Virus record (IMG/VR): IMGVR_UViG_3300023184_000512 | Span: 1 to 24,094 of that record | Reading direction: 5' to 3' (one strand) | DNA: 24,094 bases | Source: a virus | Lineage: Duplodnaviria; Caudoviricetes | Shown here: in pieces, positions 14,701 through 22,464 of the stretch | How positions within the stretch are numbered: position 1 is the first letter of the stretch | Layout of the letters: each line of letters begins with the position of its first letter | Notes under the pieces: model-generated | The model's input: the letters and a program-made list of their open reading frames with translations, nothing else | The model's database searches: none | What the model was told of the DNA's origin: nothing | Program-made: the position numbers and the translations under genes

Positions 14701-16506
14701 ATGAGCGTAAACATTTATCAAAATTCATCTTTTAGTGATACTCCTTTTGGATTAAAACTACAACAAACAATCACATCAAGCGGTTCAGTAACAATCCCTG
14801 CTGGTATTCAACGAGTTTATGCAGTCTGTATTGCTGGCGGTGGCGGAGGCGGAACTGGAGTAGGTGGTCAATATGTAACAATTACTGCTGCATCTGCTGA
14901 CGGAACTACTGTTACCTACACTGGGAACAACACAATGGTTGCAGGTCAAAGAGTAACAATCACGGGTTTATCAACTACTGCGTTTAACTTGTCGGCAGTA
15001 ACGGTTGCAACTGCAACTTCTACTGGATTTACAGTTACAAACGCTGCAACAGGAACTGCCGTAACTGGCGCTGCTGGTTTAGCAGTTGTCACATCAATAG
15101 TTACTGGAGCAGTTGCAGGTGGAACAATTACCGCAGTCACCGCTTCATCACCTGCTACTGGTTCTGTAACATATACATCAACTGCAAGAGTGCCAGTCGG
15201 AACTTCGGTTGTTATTTCAGGTGCAACACCTGCTGGTTACAACGGAACATTTACCGTTACTGCTTCAACTTTAGGAACATCTTTTACTGTTGCCAACGCA
15301 ACAACTGGAGCAGCAACTGGAACAATTACATTTACTGGCGTAGTTACTTATACGGGAAGCCATAACTTTCTATTAGGTCAAACAGTTTCAACAACTGGCG
15401 TTACCCCCACAGGTTTCAATCTTTCAACCTTAAATATCATTGACGCAACTTCTACAACTTGGACAGTTGCAAATACTTTAGCGCAATCTACAACTTATAC
15501 ATCAGGTGGAACTACATCACCTGCTTATCTCAATGCAGGAGGCGGAGGAGGTGGAGGGTTTTCTGCTGGTTGGACTTTTGCAAGCAACACTTGCACAGTT
15601 GGTGCAGGAGGTGCAGGTGGGACTACATCTAATGGATTGCTTAACGGACAAAATGGTGGCGTAACTACTTATGGAATGGTTTTAGCAGGTGGCGGTTCAG
15701 GTGGTAGAGGAAATACAACAGCACAGGCTGCAACTGTTTTAGGTGGTGCAGGTGGTGGTGGGTTAAATGTGGGTGGTCAAACAGGCAGTTCAATTTCTTA
15801 TACAGGTGCTCCTGCTGCAAGTAGTGGAAACCCAGGCGGTTTTGGTTATGCAGGGGGTGGTGGAAACCCAGTAGCCACCAATGGCGGTCATGGTGGTGAG
15901 GGTGTATCAGGTGGTGGCGGTGGCACTGGATATAATGTAACCGCAGGAAGTGTTGGCTACGGCGGGTGTGGTGGTGCGGGTTTAATTGGTGGTGGTGGCG
16001 CGTCAGGTTGGGCGCCAGGATTTTCTATTGGCGGGGCAGGTGGTGGAAATCTACAATCATCAGTATCAATTACTGCTGGAACAGGTAATGGAACAACTGT
16101 TACTTACACAGTTGCCTCACACACTTTCAAAGTTGGTCAAAAATTAACTGTAACTGGTCTAGGTACTGCATCAGGTTCTTCTCTTAATTTAACTGGTGTT
16201 CCTATTAGCGCAACTACTTCAACAACAATTACAGTTATTAGCGCAACAACAGGTGTTTCAAGTGGTACTGGTACTGGCGTTACTACCACTCTTTCAGGCG
16301 CTGCTGGTAATGGTTCTTATGGAGTTGGTACAACTACTGCTGGTGGCGGAGGCGGAGGTGGTATAGGTTTTAATGGAAATGCTGGTTCAGATGCTTCAGG
16401 TTACAATGGTGGTGCTGGCGCTAACTATGGTGGCGGTGGCGGTGCAGGGTGTCAATCAGGCACAGGCGGTGCTGGCGGTAACGGCGTAATTTATCTTTAC
16501 TACTAA
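14701..16506 (+). CDS. Glycine-rich virion protein (paralog 3) with about four inserted beta modules
   Basis: AAGGAG SD. VTIPAGIQRVYAVCIAGGGGGG; ends GNGVIYLYY; repeated VTYT...G-x-x-V-x-x-x-G modules. Confidence 0.8.
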   Translation: MSVNIYQNSSFSDTPFGLKLQQTITSSGSVTIPAGIQRVYAVCIAGGGGGGTGVGGQYVTITAASADGTTVTYTGNNTMVAGQRVTITGLSTTAFNLSAVTVATATSTGFTVTNAATGTAVTGAAGLAVVTSIVTGAVAGGTITAVTASSPATGSVTYTSTARVPVGTSVVISGATPAGYNGTFTVTASTLGTSFTVANATTGAATGTITFTGVVTYTGSHNFLLGQTVSTTGVTPTGFNLSTLNIIDATSTTWTVANTLAQSTTYTSGGTTSPAYLNAGGGGGGGFSAGWTFASNTCTVGAGGAGGTTSNGLLNGQNGGVTTYGMVLAGGGSGGRGNTTAQAATVLGGAGGGGLNVGGQTGSSISYTGAPAASSGNPGGFGYAGGGGNPVATNGGHGGEGVSGGGGGTGYNVTAGSVGYGGCGGAGLIGGGGASGWAPGFSIGGAGGGNLQSSVSITAGTGNGTTVTYTVASHTFKVGQKLTVTGLGTASGSSLNLTGVPISATTSTTITVISATTGVSSGTGTGVTTTLSGAAGNGSYGVGTTTAGGGGGGGIGFNGNAGSDASGYNGGAGANYGGGGGAGCQSGTGGAGGNGVIYLYY

Positions 16507-16515
16507 GGAGTAACA

Positions 16516-16722
16516 ATGGCAACATTTGCAGTAATGAGTGGAAATGTGGTTTCAAGCGTCATCGTTGCAGACAATAAAGAAGAAACCGAGGCATCGTTAG
16601 GTTTAACTCTTATTGAATACACACCTGAAAACTCTGCTGGCATTGGTTCATTTTATGATGAGGCAACAGGCAGATTTGTAGCCCCACCAGCGCCAGCGGT
16701 ACAGGAAATAATTCAAGAGTAA
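16516..16722 (+). CDS. Small acidic protein following Gly-rich fibre genes (possible fibre assembly chaperone)
   Basis: AAGGAG SD. Pattern FAV...V-x-x-VIVAD...AGIG-x-x-YD...F-x-x-P, of the kind that trails phage Gly-rich genes. Function inferred. Confidence 0.65.
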   Translation: MATFAVMSGNVVSSVIVADNKEETEASLGLTLIEYTPENSAGIGSFYDEATGRFVAPPAPAVQEIIQE

Positions 16723-16934
16723 TGTATACCTATGATAGCCCCATTCTTTACAATGAATTAAATTTTCCTTATAACGGATTGTTAGAACCAATCCAAAGAA
16801 AAATTTCAAATTTCATTCCTACATTTACTGGTCCGCCAAGAGATTCCCATGGTCAATCCAAGGCTTCTATTTTATTATGGGATAAGAGAAACAAAGATGA
16901 AGAAGAATTATTAAGCCTACTTGGTTATTTTTAA
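16722..16934 (+). CDS. Hypothetical protein, 70 aa
   Basis: TAATG overlap. Tyr-spaced N-terminus and acidic DEEELL C-terminus. Confidence 0.55.
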   Translation: MYTYDSPILYNELNFPYNGLLEPIQRKISNFIPTFTGPPRDSHGQSKASILLWDKRNKDEEELLSLLGYF

Positions 16935-16942
16935 TCCCTCTT

Positions 16943-16951
16943 TGATACAAT
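16943..16951 (+). promoter_or_regulatory. Extended -10 element, probable leaderless transcript for ORF 16959
   Basis: TGATACAAT ends 7 nt before the ATG; no SD. Confidence 0.5.
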
Positions 16952-16958
16952 TGCCCAC

Positions 16959-17378
16959 ATGAAAGATAAAAAGATTCTCAAAGAACTACGCCTTGGTCCT
17001 ATGAAAAGCATGAAGGACGAAGAGTATGCCATGATTGAGGAAGAGGTCAATCAAAAGGGAATCGCTGGTCTTAAAGGCTATGCAAAGTCAATAGTTGATA
17101 AGTCTATGCGCGAAATGGCTTACGCAATGAAAAAGATTGCTGTTGCAAAGCATGGCAATCACGACCAAGGAAGCCACGGCGCTTGGGCTAATGGGAAATA
17201 CAATACAGATGATTCTGAAGGCGAAGACAGTTCAGAGCCAAAAAACTATAAGAACAAAAAGCCAAAGATTAGTTATGAAGAAAATGACACAGAGGGTGAG
17301 TTCGACAATAACGCCGATGACCCTAGGTGGATGGATGACATGGATATTCTCCATCCTCCAAAGCGTTCTCCCAAGTAA
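16959..17378 (+). CDS. 139-aa protein carrying the 11th His-tag copy followed by an acidic disordered tail
   Basis: VAKHGNHDQGSHGAWA at 17148-17189. No SD; extended -10-like element 7 nt before the ATG. Confidence 0.75.
   Translation: MKDKKILKELRLGPMKSMKDEEYAMIEEEVNQKGIAGLKGYAKSIVDKSMREMAYAMKKIAVAKHGNHDQGSHGAWANGKYNTDDSEGEDSSEPKNYKNKKPKISYEENDTEGEFDNNADDPRWMDDMDILHPPKRSPK
17148..17189 (+). repeat. 11th copy of the KH...HDQxxHGxWA repeat
   Basis: AAGCATGGCAATCACGACCAAGGAAGCCACGGCGCTTGGGCT = KHGNHDQGSHGAWA. Confidence 0.95.
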
Positions 17379-17641
17379 TGAAAACCATTATTGATGTAAC
17401 CATTGAGTTACTTAATTCTATGAACCTACAAGCCCAAAGAGTTACAACACAACCGGGGTATGTAGGAGTTGAAGTTGACCTTCCAAATGACACTCATGCT
17501 TTTTTTATATGGTCCAAGATGGACTCAAATGATTTTGCTTTTAGAGTTGCCAGTTTTTGGGAGAATGAAAATGTTTTTCCCTCTTTTAGTATCTCAAATC
17601 TACCTGAAGCGTTCGCAAAGACCCAAATCCTCAGTAACTAA
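17378..17641 (+). CDS. Hypothetical protein, 87 aa
   Basis: TAATG overlap with the upstream gene; globular-looking composition. Confidence 0.65.
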   Translation: MKTIIDVTIELLNSMNLQAQRVTTQPGYVGVEVDLPNDTHAFFIWSKMDSNDFAFRVASFWENENVFPSFSISNLPEAFAKTQILSN

Positions 17642-17744
17642 AAAAGGTACAAAACGGGCATATGGTATTCTTTAGCCGTCAAGACCCGAGTTTGTTTGCC
17701 TAACTAGGTGTTAGGTCGGCACTCTCTATTCGTTAGGAGAAACA

Positions 17745-18524
17745 TTGGCAAATCGCACCCGCAAAATGGTGAATCTCGCCATTGAGGAAACGAGTGGGGT
17801 AGACCATCCCGCTCACCTACATGAAGGTTGGTTGGTTATGAAATCAGCCGATGAATCTGAAGTTCAGAGGGTAATGGACGAAACGCTCACCGAGGAGGAC
17901 TCCAATATGGAGGAAGTAACTACCACGGCTGTTGAAGAGCAGGTCGAAAAGGCTGATATGACTATGGAAGAAGCAATGAAAAAAATTGCTGAACTAGAAG
18001 CCAAATTAGCAGAATCCGCTAAAGAAGATGCTGCTGAACCAGCGATGGCAAAAGCAGTGGATACTTCAGAGGATTTCTTGAAGTCGGCTCCCGAAGCAGT
18101 TGTAAAAATGATTGACGACCTTCGCAAACAAGCAGAAGATGCAACAGCGGAACTTGCAAAAGAACGCGATGCTCATGCAGATGCAGAAGCAGTCGAAAAG
18201 GCAAAGGGTTGGGCAAACCTCAATCTCGATGCAGAAAAAGTTGGACCAGCGCTTCGTCGCTTGGCATCAACAGATGCAGACCTTGCAAAGTCAGTTGAAG
18301 AAATTCTTTCTTCAATCAATGCACAGGCTGAATCAGCAGCAATTTTTGCGGAAATCGGCAAATCCGCAGATTTCAAGAGCGGTGATGCTTATGGTCGTAT
18401 GACGGCTATGGCAAAGTCTGCTGTTGAAGAGGGTGTTGCAAAGTCATTTGAGGTCGCACTCGCTGACATTGCATCAAAAAATCCTGACCTTTACAGCCAA
18501 TACCTAACCGAGAAAGGTGCCTAA
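17745..18524 (+). CDS. Capsid scaffolding protein
   Basis: TTG start with AGGAG SD. N-terminal NLAIEETSGVDHPAH...VMKS motif, then an acidic E/A/K-rich coiled coil. Directly upstream of the decoration and capsid genes. Confidence 0.8.
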   Translation: MANRTRKMVNLAIEETSGVDHPAHLHEGWLVMKSADESEVQRVMDETLTEEDSNMEEVTTTAVEEQVEKADMTMEEAMKKIAELEAKLAESAKEDAAEPAMAKAVDTSEDFLKSAPEAVVKMIDDLRKQAEDATAELAKERDAHADAEAVEKAKGWANLNLDAEKVGPALRRLASTDADLAKSVEEILSSINAQAESAAIFAEIGKSADFKSGDAYGRMTAMAKSAVEEGVAKSFEVALADIASKNPDLYSQYLTEKGA

Positions 18525-18529
18525 TTACC

Positions 18530-18922
18530 ATGGCATATGAATTCAGTAATTACTCGGTAAAGGTCACCCTCGTCGCAGGTGCAGACCTTTCCGCAGCACA
18601 ATACAAGTTCGTTAAGTTGAACTCAAGCGGACAGGCAGTCATCTGCTCTGGCGCTACAGATTCACCAATCGGCGTTCTTCAGAACGCACCAACATCAGGT
18701 CAAGAAGCAGAAGTTCTAATCGTAGGCGGAACAAAGGTTGTTGCTGGTGCAGCAATCACACTTCCAAACACAATTGGTACAGATGCTAACGGTAAGGCAG
18801 TTGCTCTTACTACAACAGATACAACAAAGTACATTGTCGGTTCTCTTATTACCGCTTCTGCTGCTGATGCAAATGTTGTGACCGCCGTTATTAACTGCGC
18901 TAACGCAACTAGAGCGAACTAA
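18530..18922 (+). CDS. DUF2190-like capsid cement/decoration protein
   Basis: AGADLS...YKFVKL...IGVLQNAP...G-x-TKVVAGAAI...DANGKAV pattern; position between scaffold and capsid. Confidence 0.8.
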   Translation: MAYEFSNYSVKVTLVAGADLSAAQYKFVKLNSSGQAVICSGATDSPIGVLQNAPTSGQEAEVLIVGGTKVVAGAAITLPNTIGTDANGKAVALTTTDTTKYIVGSLITASAADANVVTAVINCANATRAN

Positions 18923-18936
18923 GGAGCAAATAGAAA

Positions 18937-19914
18937 ATGCCACAGCCAAATATCAATAGCGTCCACATTGACGCAATTCTTACAAACATTTCTGTTGCTT
19001 ACCTTCAGAATCAAGATAACTTCATTGCCGACAAGGTATTCCCAGTAATCCCTGTCGATAAGAAGTCAAATAAGTATTTCACTTATGACAAGAACGACTG
19101 GTTCCGTGACGAGGCTCAACGCCGTGCTCCGGGAACAGAGTCTGCTGGTGGTGGATATTCTCTATCATCTGCAACATACTCAGCAGATGTTTTTGCTTTC
19201 CACAAAGATGTCGATGACCAAACAATTGCTAACGCAGATACACCTTTGAACCCTCTTCGTGAGGCAACAGAGTTCGTAACTCGTCGTCTAATGCTCCGTC
19301 GTGAACTTCAGTTCGTAAATGATTTCTTCACAACAAGCGTATGGGGAACAGACATCACAGGTGTTGCTGGAACTCCAACAACAGGTCAGGTCAAGCAATG
19401 GTCAGATTACACAGCATCAGACCCAATCAATGACATCGAAAACGGAAAGTCAGGCATCCTATCTACAACAGGTATGGAAGCAAACACTCTCGTTCTCGGA
19501 TACGACGTATTCAAGGCTCTAAAGAATCACCCTGACCTTGTAGACCGTATCAAGTACACATCTTCACAGACAATTACAACAGATATGCTCGCTGCTATGT
19601 TCGATGTACCGCGTGTTATCGTTGCTAAGGCTGTTAAGGCAACAAACAATGAAGGCGCAACAGGTGCATATAGTTTTGCATTTGGTAAGTCAGCACTTCT
19701 TTGCCACGTTGCTCCAAACCCAGGACTACTTACACCTTCAGCGGGTTACACATTCGCATGGACAGGTGTTTCAGGTGGACTTAACGCAACTATCGGTACT
19801 TCACAGTTCCGTATGGAGTCAATCAAGTCAGACCGCATTGAAGCGGAAATGGCATTTGATAATAAGGTAGTAGCCAATGACCTTGGTTATTTCTGGACAT
19901 CAATCGTCGCTTAA
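18937..19914 (+). CDS. Major capsid protein
   Basis: 325 aa, AAGGAG SD, visibly biased codon usage. HIDAILTNISVAY...FIADKVFPVIPV...RAPG N-terminus typical of gpE-like capsid proteins. Followed by a terminator. Confidence 0.88.
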   Translation: MPQPNINSVHIDAILTNISVAYLQNQDNFIADKVFPVIPVDKKSNKYFTYDKNDWFRDEAQRRAPGTESAGGGYSLSSATYSADVFAFHKDVDDQTIANADTPLNPLREATEFVTRRLMLRRELQFVNDFFTTSVWGTDITGVAGTPTTGQVKQWSDYTASDPINDIENGKSGILSTTGMEANTLVLGYDVFKALKNHPDLVDRIKYTSSQTITTDMLAAMFDVPRVIVAKAVKATNNEGATGAYSFAFGKSALLCHVAPNPGLLTPSAGYTFAWTGVSGGLNATIGTSQFRMESIKSDRIEAEMAFDNKVVANDLGYFWTSIVA

Positions 19915-19925
19915 TTAAGTTGAGT

Positions 19926-19963
19926 GAGGGGGAGGGTCTGTAAAGGCTCTCCCCTTCTTTCTT
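19926..19963 (+). terminator. Intrinsic terminator after the major capsid gene
   Basis: 14-bp stem GAGGGGGAGGGTCT / AGGCTCTCCCCTTC (3 G-U pairs), GTAA loop, followed by TTTCTT. Confidence 0.75.
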
Positions 19964-19979
19964 AGAAAAGGAAATTAAA

Positions 19980-20402
19980 ATGGGAGCAAATCCAAATCGT
20001 CTTACCAAAGGTGATGCAATTGTTGGACAGATTATGGCTACAGATGCACAGTTCACTGGCACACTAGCACTTTCTACAACAGTTGATAATATTGCTGACG
20101 GCGCATCAATGGTTGCATCAGCAGCAAATATCATCACAAGCAAAATTATTACATCAACACCAACAACTGCTCGCAACCTTACAACTGATACAGCAGCAGC
20201 AATTATTGCTCTGACTTCAGGCGTAGTTGGCGCAAGTTATGAACTAACAGTTATTAACCTTTCGGCATCAGCAGCAGCAATTACTATGGTTGGTGGAACA
20301 AGCGTAACAATCGTTGGTTCAGCAACTGTTGGTTCCGCTTCGTCAGCATCATTCTTAGTTCGTGTTGCTTCATCTTCAACAGTAGTTATCTACCGTCAAT
20401 AA
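19980..20402 (+). CDS. Putative head decoration/virion protein
   Basis: 140 aa, A/S/T/V-rich beta protein immediately after the capsid gene; AAGGA SD. Confidence 0.7.
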   Translation: MGANPNRLTKGDAIVGQIMATDAQFTGTLALSTTVDNIADGASMVASAANIITSKIITSTPTTARNLTTDTAAAIIALTSGVVGASYELTVINLSASAAAITMVGGTSVTIVGSATVGSASSASFLVRVASSSTVVIYRQ

Positions 20403-20403
20403 T

Positions 20404-20586
20404 ATGAAGCATTTCGTTCTCAAGACTTTCGTATCTAACGGTAAAAACCTTAAATACGGAGATATTGTTGATACATCCGAATGGATGCACATTAAGAACC
20501 TTGAGTCAATGCGTTATATTCGCCCTCTTACCGAGGAAGAAGAAGCGCCCAAGGTGACAAAGAAAACAAAAGTCGCCACCGAATAA
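20404..20586 (+). CDS. Hypothetical 60-aa protein (head-completion region)
   Basis: Abuts the upstream stop. Short GDIVD-containing domain with a Lys-rich tail. Confidence 0.65.
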   Translation: MKHFVLKTFVSNGKNLKYGDIVDTSEWMHIKNLESMRYIRPLTEEEEAPKVTKKTKVATE

Positions 20587-20591
20587 TCGGT

Positions 20592-20629
20592 TGGGGGGCG
20601 ATTCAGTAAAATGAGTCGTCCCCCATTTT
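20592..20629 (+). terminator. Intrinsic terminator
   Basis: 14-bp stem TGGGGGGCGATTCA / TGAGTCGTCCCCCA, GTAAAA loop, then TTTT. Confidence 0.75.
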
Positions 20630-20643
20630 CATAGGAGAATAAA

Positions 20644-20934
20644 ATGGCATTTAAGTCACAGGTAATTACAATCGCTGCCACACCAACATTAATTTCTAAT
20701 CCAAATCCAAGCAGTCGCGACGGACATATTGTTTACATTCAGAACATTTCTACAACAGTTGATTTTTATATTGGCGGTTCAGATGTGTCTACATCTAATG
20801 GTTACTTGATGCACCGTGCTTCATCAGCAACAGTTGGAGATGACCTTCAAATCAAAGTTGCTAACGGTGAATCACTTTATGCAATTGTTGCCACAGGCAC
20901 ATTAGACCAGCGCTTTATGTGGTCTAGTTGCTAA
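20644..20934 (+). CDS. Small beta-rich virion protein
   Basis: AGGAG SD; 96 aa; IQN...YIGGSDVSTSNGY...GESLYAI. Confidence 0.7.
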   Translation: MAFKSQVITIAATPTLISNPNPSSRDGHIVYIQNISTTVDFYIGGSDVSTSNGYLMHRASSATVGDDLQIKVANGESLYAIVATGTLDQRFMWSSC

Positions 20935-20964
20935 TATTTGATTACAATTTGTAAGGGGTGAAAA

Positions 20965-21525
20965 ATGGCTTTAACGCCAAATTTAACAACTGTTACGGTT
21001 TCAGGAACTTATGTTGATATCCAAGGCAATCCAATTGCTGGGCAAGTCAATTTTACTCCTAGAGCCATTTTGACAGATGCTTCATACAATCAAATAGTCA
21101 TTGCCAAAACTATCTCGGTAACTCTTGATTCAAATGGTTCATTTAGCACTATTTTGCCCGCTACAGATGACACATCTTTAAGCCCGTATAACTTTACTTA
21201 TTCAGTTGAAGAGGCTTTCTCAGGTGGTCGTTTATACGACATTGCCATTCCTTCAGCAGCAGCAACGCTCAATCTTGCAGATGTAGCGCCATCTTCTGCA
21301 AGCGCTGGTTTGAGTTCAACTTATGTTTTGCTAAGTAGTTACTCAACGCTTAATGCCCAAGTGACGGGAATGGTTGCAACAGTTAATACTGCTTCAGACC
21401 CTGCTGGACAAATTAATACTGCAACAGCAGCAGCGACTTCAGCAGCAAGTTCAGCATCTGCCACAGCAACCACAGCAGCAGAAAATCTTAGGTACATACA
21501 TCCCTTTTTACTTATGGGAGTCTAA
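20965..21525 (+). CDS. Virion structural protein (paralog A)
   Basis: TVTVSGTYVDIQGNPIAG...TLDSNGSFS-x-x-LPATDD...Y-x-VEE-x-F-x-GGR-x-Y-x-I domain followed by an Ala-rich helix. Confidence 0.75.
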   Translation: MALTPNLTTVTVSGTYVDIQGNPIAGQVNFTPRAILTDASYNQIVIAKTISVTLDSNGSFSTILPATDDTSLSPYNFTYSVEEAFSGGRLYDIAIPSAAATLNLADVAPSSASAGLSSTYVLLSSYSTLNAQVTGMVATVNTASDPAGQINTATAAATSAASSASATATTAAENLRYIHPFLLMGV

Positions 21526-22131
21526 ATGGCTCTCCCGGGAAATGTAACTCTTATTACCGTAAACGGTACTTATGTTGATTATCAAGGAAATCCAATTGCT
21601 GGCTCAATTAGATTCAGCAGCAGTCAGACATTGCGCGATATGGCAGCAGATGTAATTATTATTCAGTCAACTTCTGTAGCAACCCTTGACCCAACTGGCT
21701 CATTTAGTATTGTTTTACCAGCAACAAATGACCCTGATTTAAGCGATATTTTCACTTACCTAGTTGAAGAGTCTTTTTTAGGTGGTCGTTCTTATTCAAT
21801 TAGTCTTACTGGCGGTTCCCCAGTTGAGATGGCAGATATTGCTCCACCATACGTTGTCAGTCCAACTTACTATTCATTCGTATCTTCTACGGACTGGGCG
21901 ATTCTTGATGCCACAGTTCAAGATATGGATACAAAAGTCGACCAAGCCAATCTTAGATTTATTGGTCCGCTTGGCTTTATTTATTCAACGGATTTACCGC
22001 CTTATGTAACACAGGCACAGACTCAACAGACAAACGCAGAATCTAGCCTAACTTCGGCTCAGGTAGACTTAGCCAGTATAATAAGCGAGAACGCCTCACG
22101 CTTAGACGATTTCATGATTATGGGAGCATAA
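21526..22131 (+). CDS. Virion structural protein (paralog B)
   Basis: Tandem paralog of 20965..21525 (ITVNGTYVDYQGNPIAG...LPATND...VEESFLGGRSY); both end F-x-x-MG-x. Confidence 0.75.
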   Translation: MALPGNVTLITVNGTYVDYQGNPIAGSIRFSSSQTLRDMAADVIIIQSTSVATLDPTGSFSIVLPATNDPDLSDIFTYLVEESFLGGRSYSISLTGGSPVEMADIAPPYVVSPTYYSFVSSTDWAILDATVQDMDTKVDQANLRFIGPLGFIYSTDLPPYVTQAQTQQTNAESSLTSAQVDLASIISENASRLDDFMIMGA

Positions 22132-22134
22132 ACG

Positions 22135-22464
22135 ATGCCAAATTTCTATAAAGTTCTAGGGCAATCAAACCCTGCCTCTATCACGGCTACAACCCTTTAT
22201 ACGGTTCCTGCCTCAAGAAGCGCAGTGGTATCGACTATTGCCGTGGCTAACCTATCATCTACAGGAGCGACTTTCCGTATTGCTGTTCGTGTAGGTGGAG
22301 CATCCCTAGCCAACTCCCAGTATATTGCTTATGACGCAGTTTTAGGAGGAAATGACACTATTTCCTTCACTCTTGGAATTACTTTAGCAACAACAGATGT
22401 AATCACAATTTATGCCTCAACTGCTAACTTAACATTCTCTGCATTCGGAACGGAAATTTCATAA
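22135..22464 (+). CDS. Small beta-sandwich virion protein
   Basis: YKVLGQSNP...TTLYTVP...FSAFGTEIS, a pattern common in phage structural regions. Confidence 0.7.
   Translation: MPNFYKVLGQSNPASITATTLYTVPASRSAVVSTIAVANLSSTGATFRIAVRVGGASLANSQYIAYDAVLGGNDTISFTLGITLATTDVITIYASTANLTFSAFGTEIS

Noticed and set aside
10223-15140. Numerous alternative-frame and antisense ORFs over the collagen and Gly-rich genes
   Set aside because: Expected artefacts of GGN-rich repetitive codons lacking stops in other frames.
17864-20176. Antisense and alternative-frame ORFs over scaffold, decoration and capsid genes
   Set aside because: Shadows of strongly biased codon usage; no SD or protein-like features.
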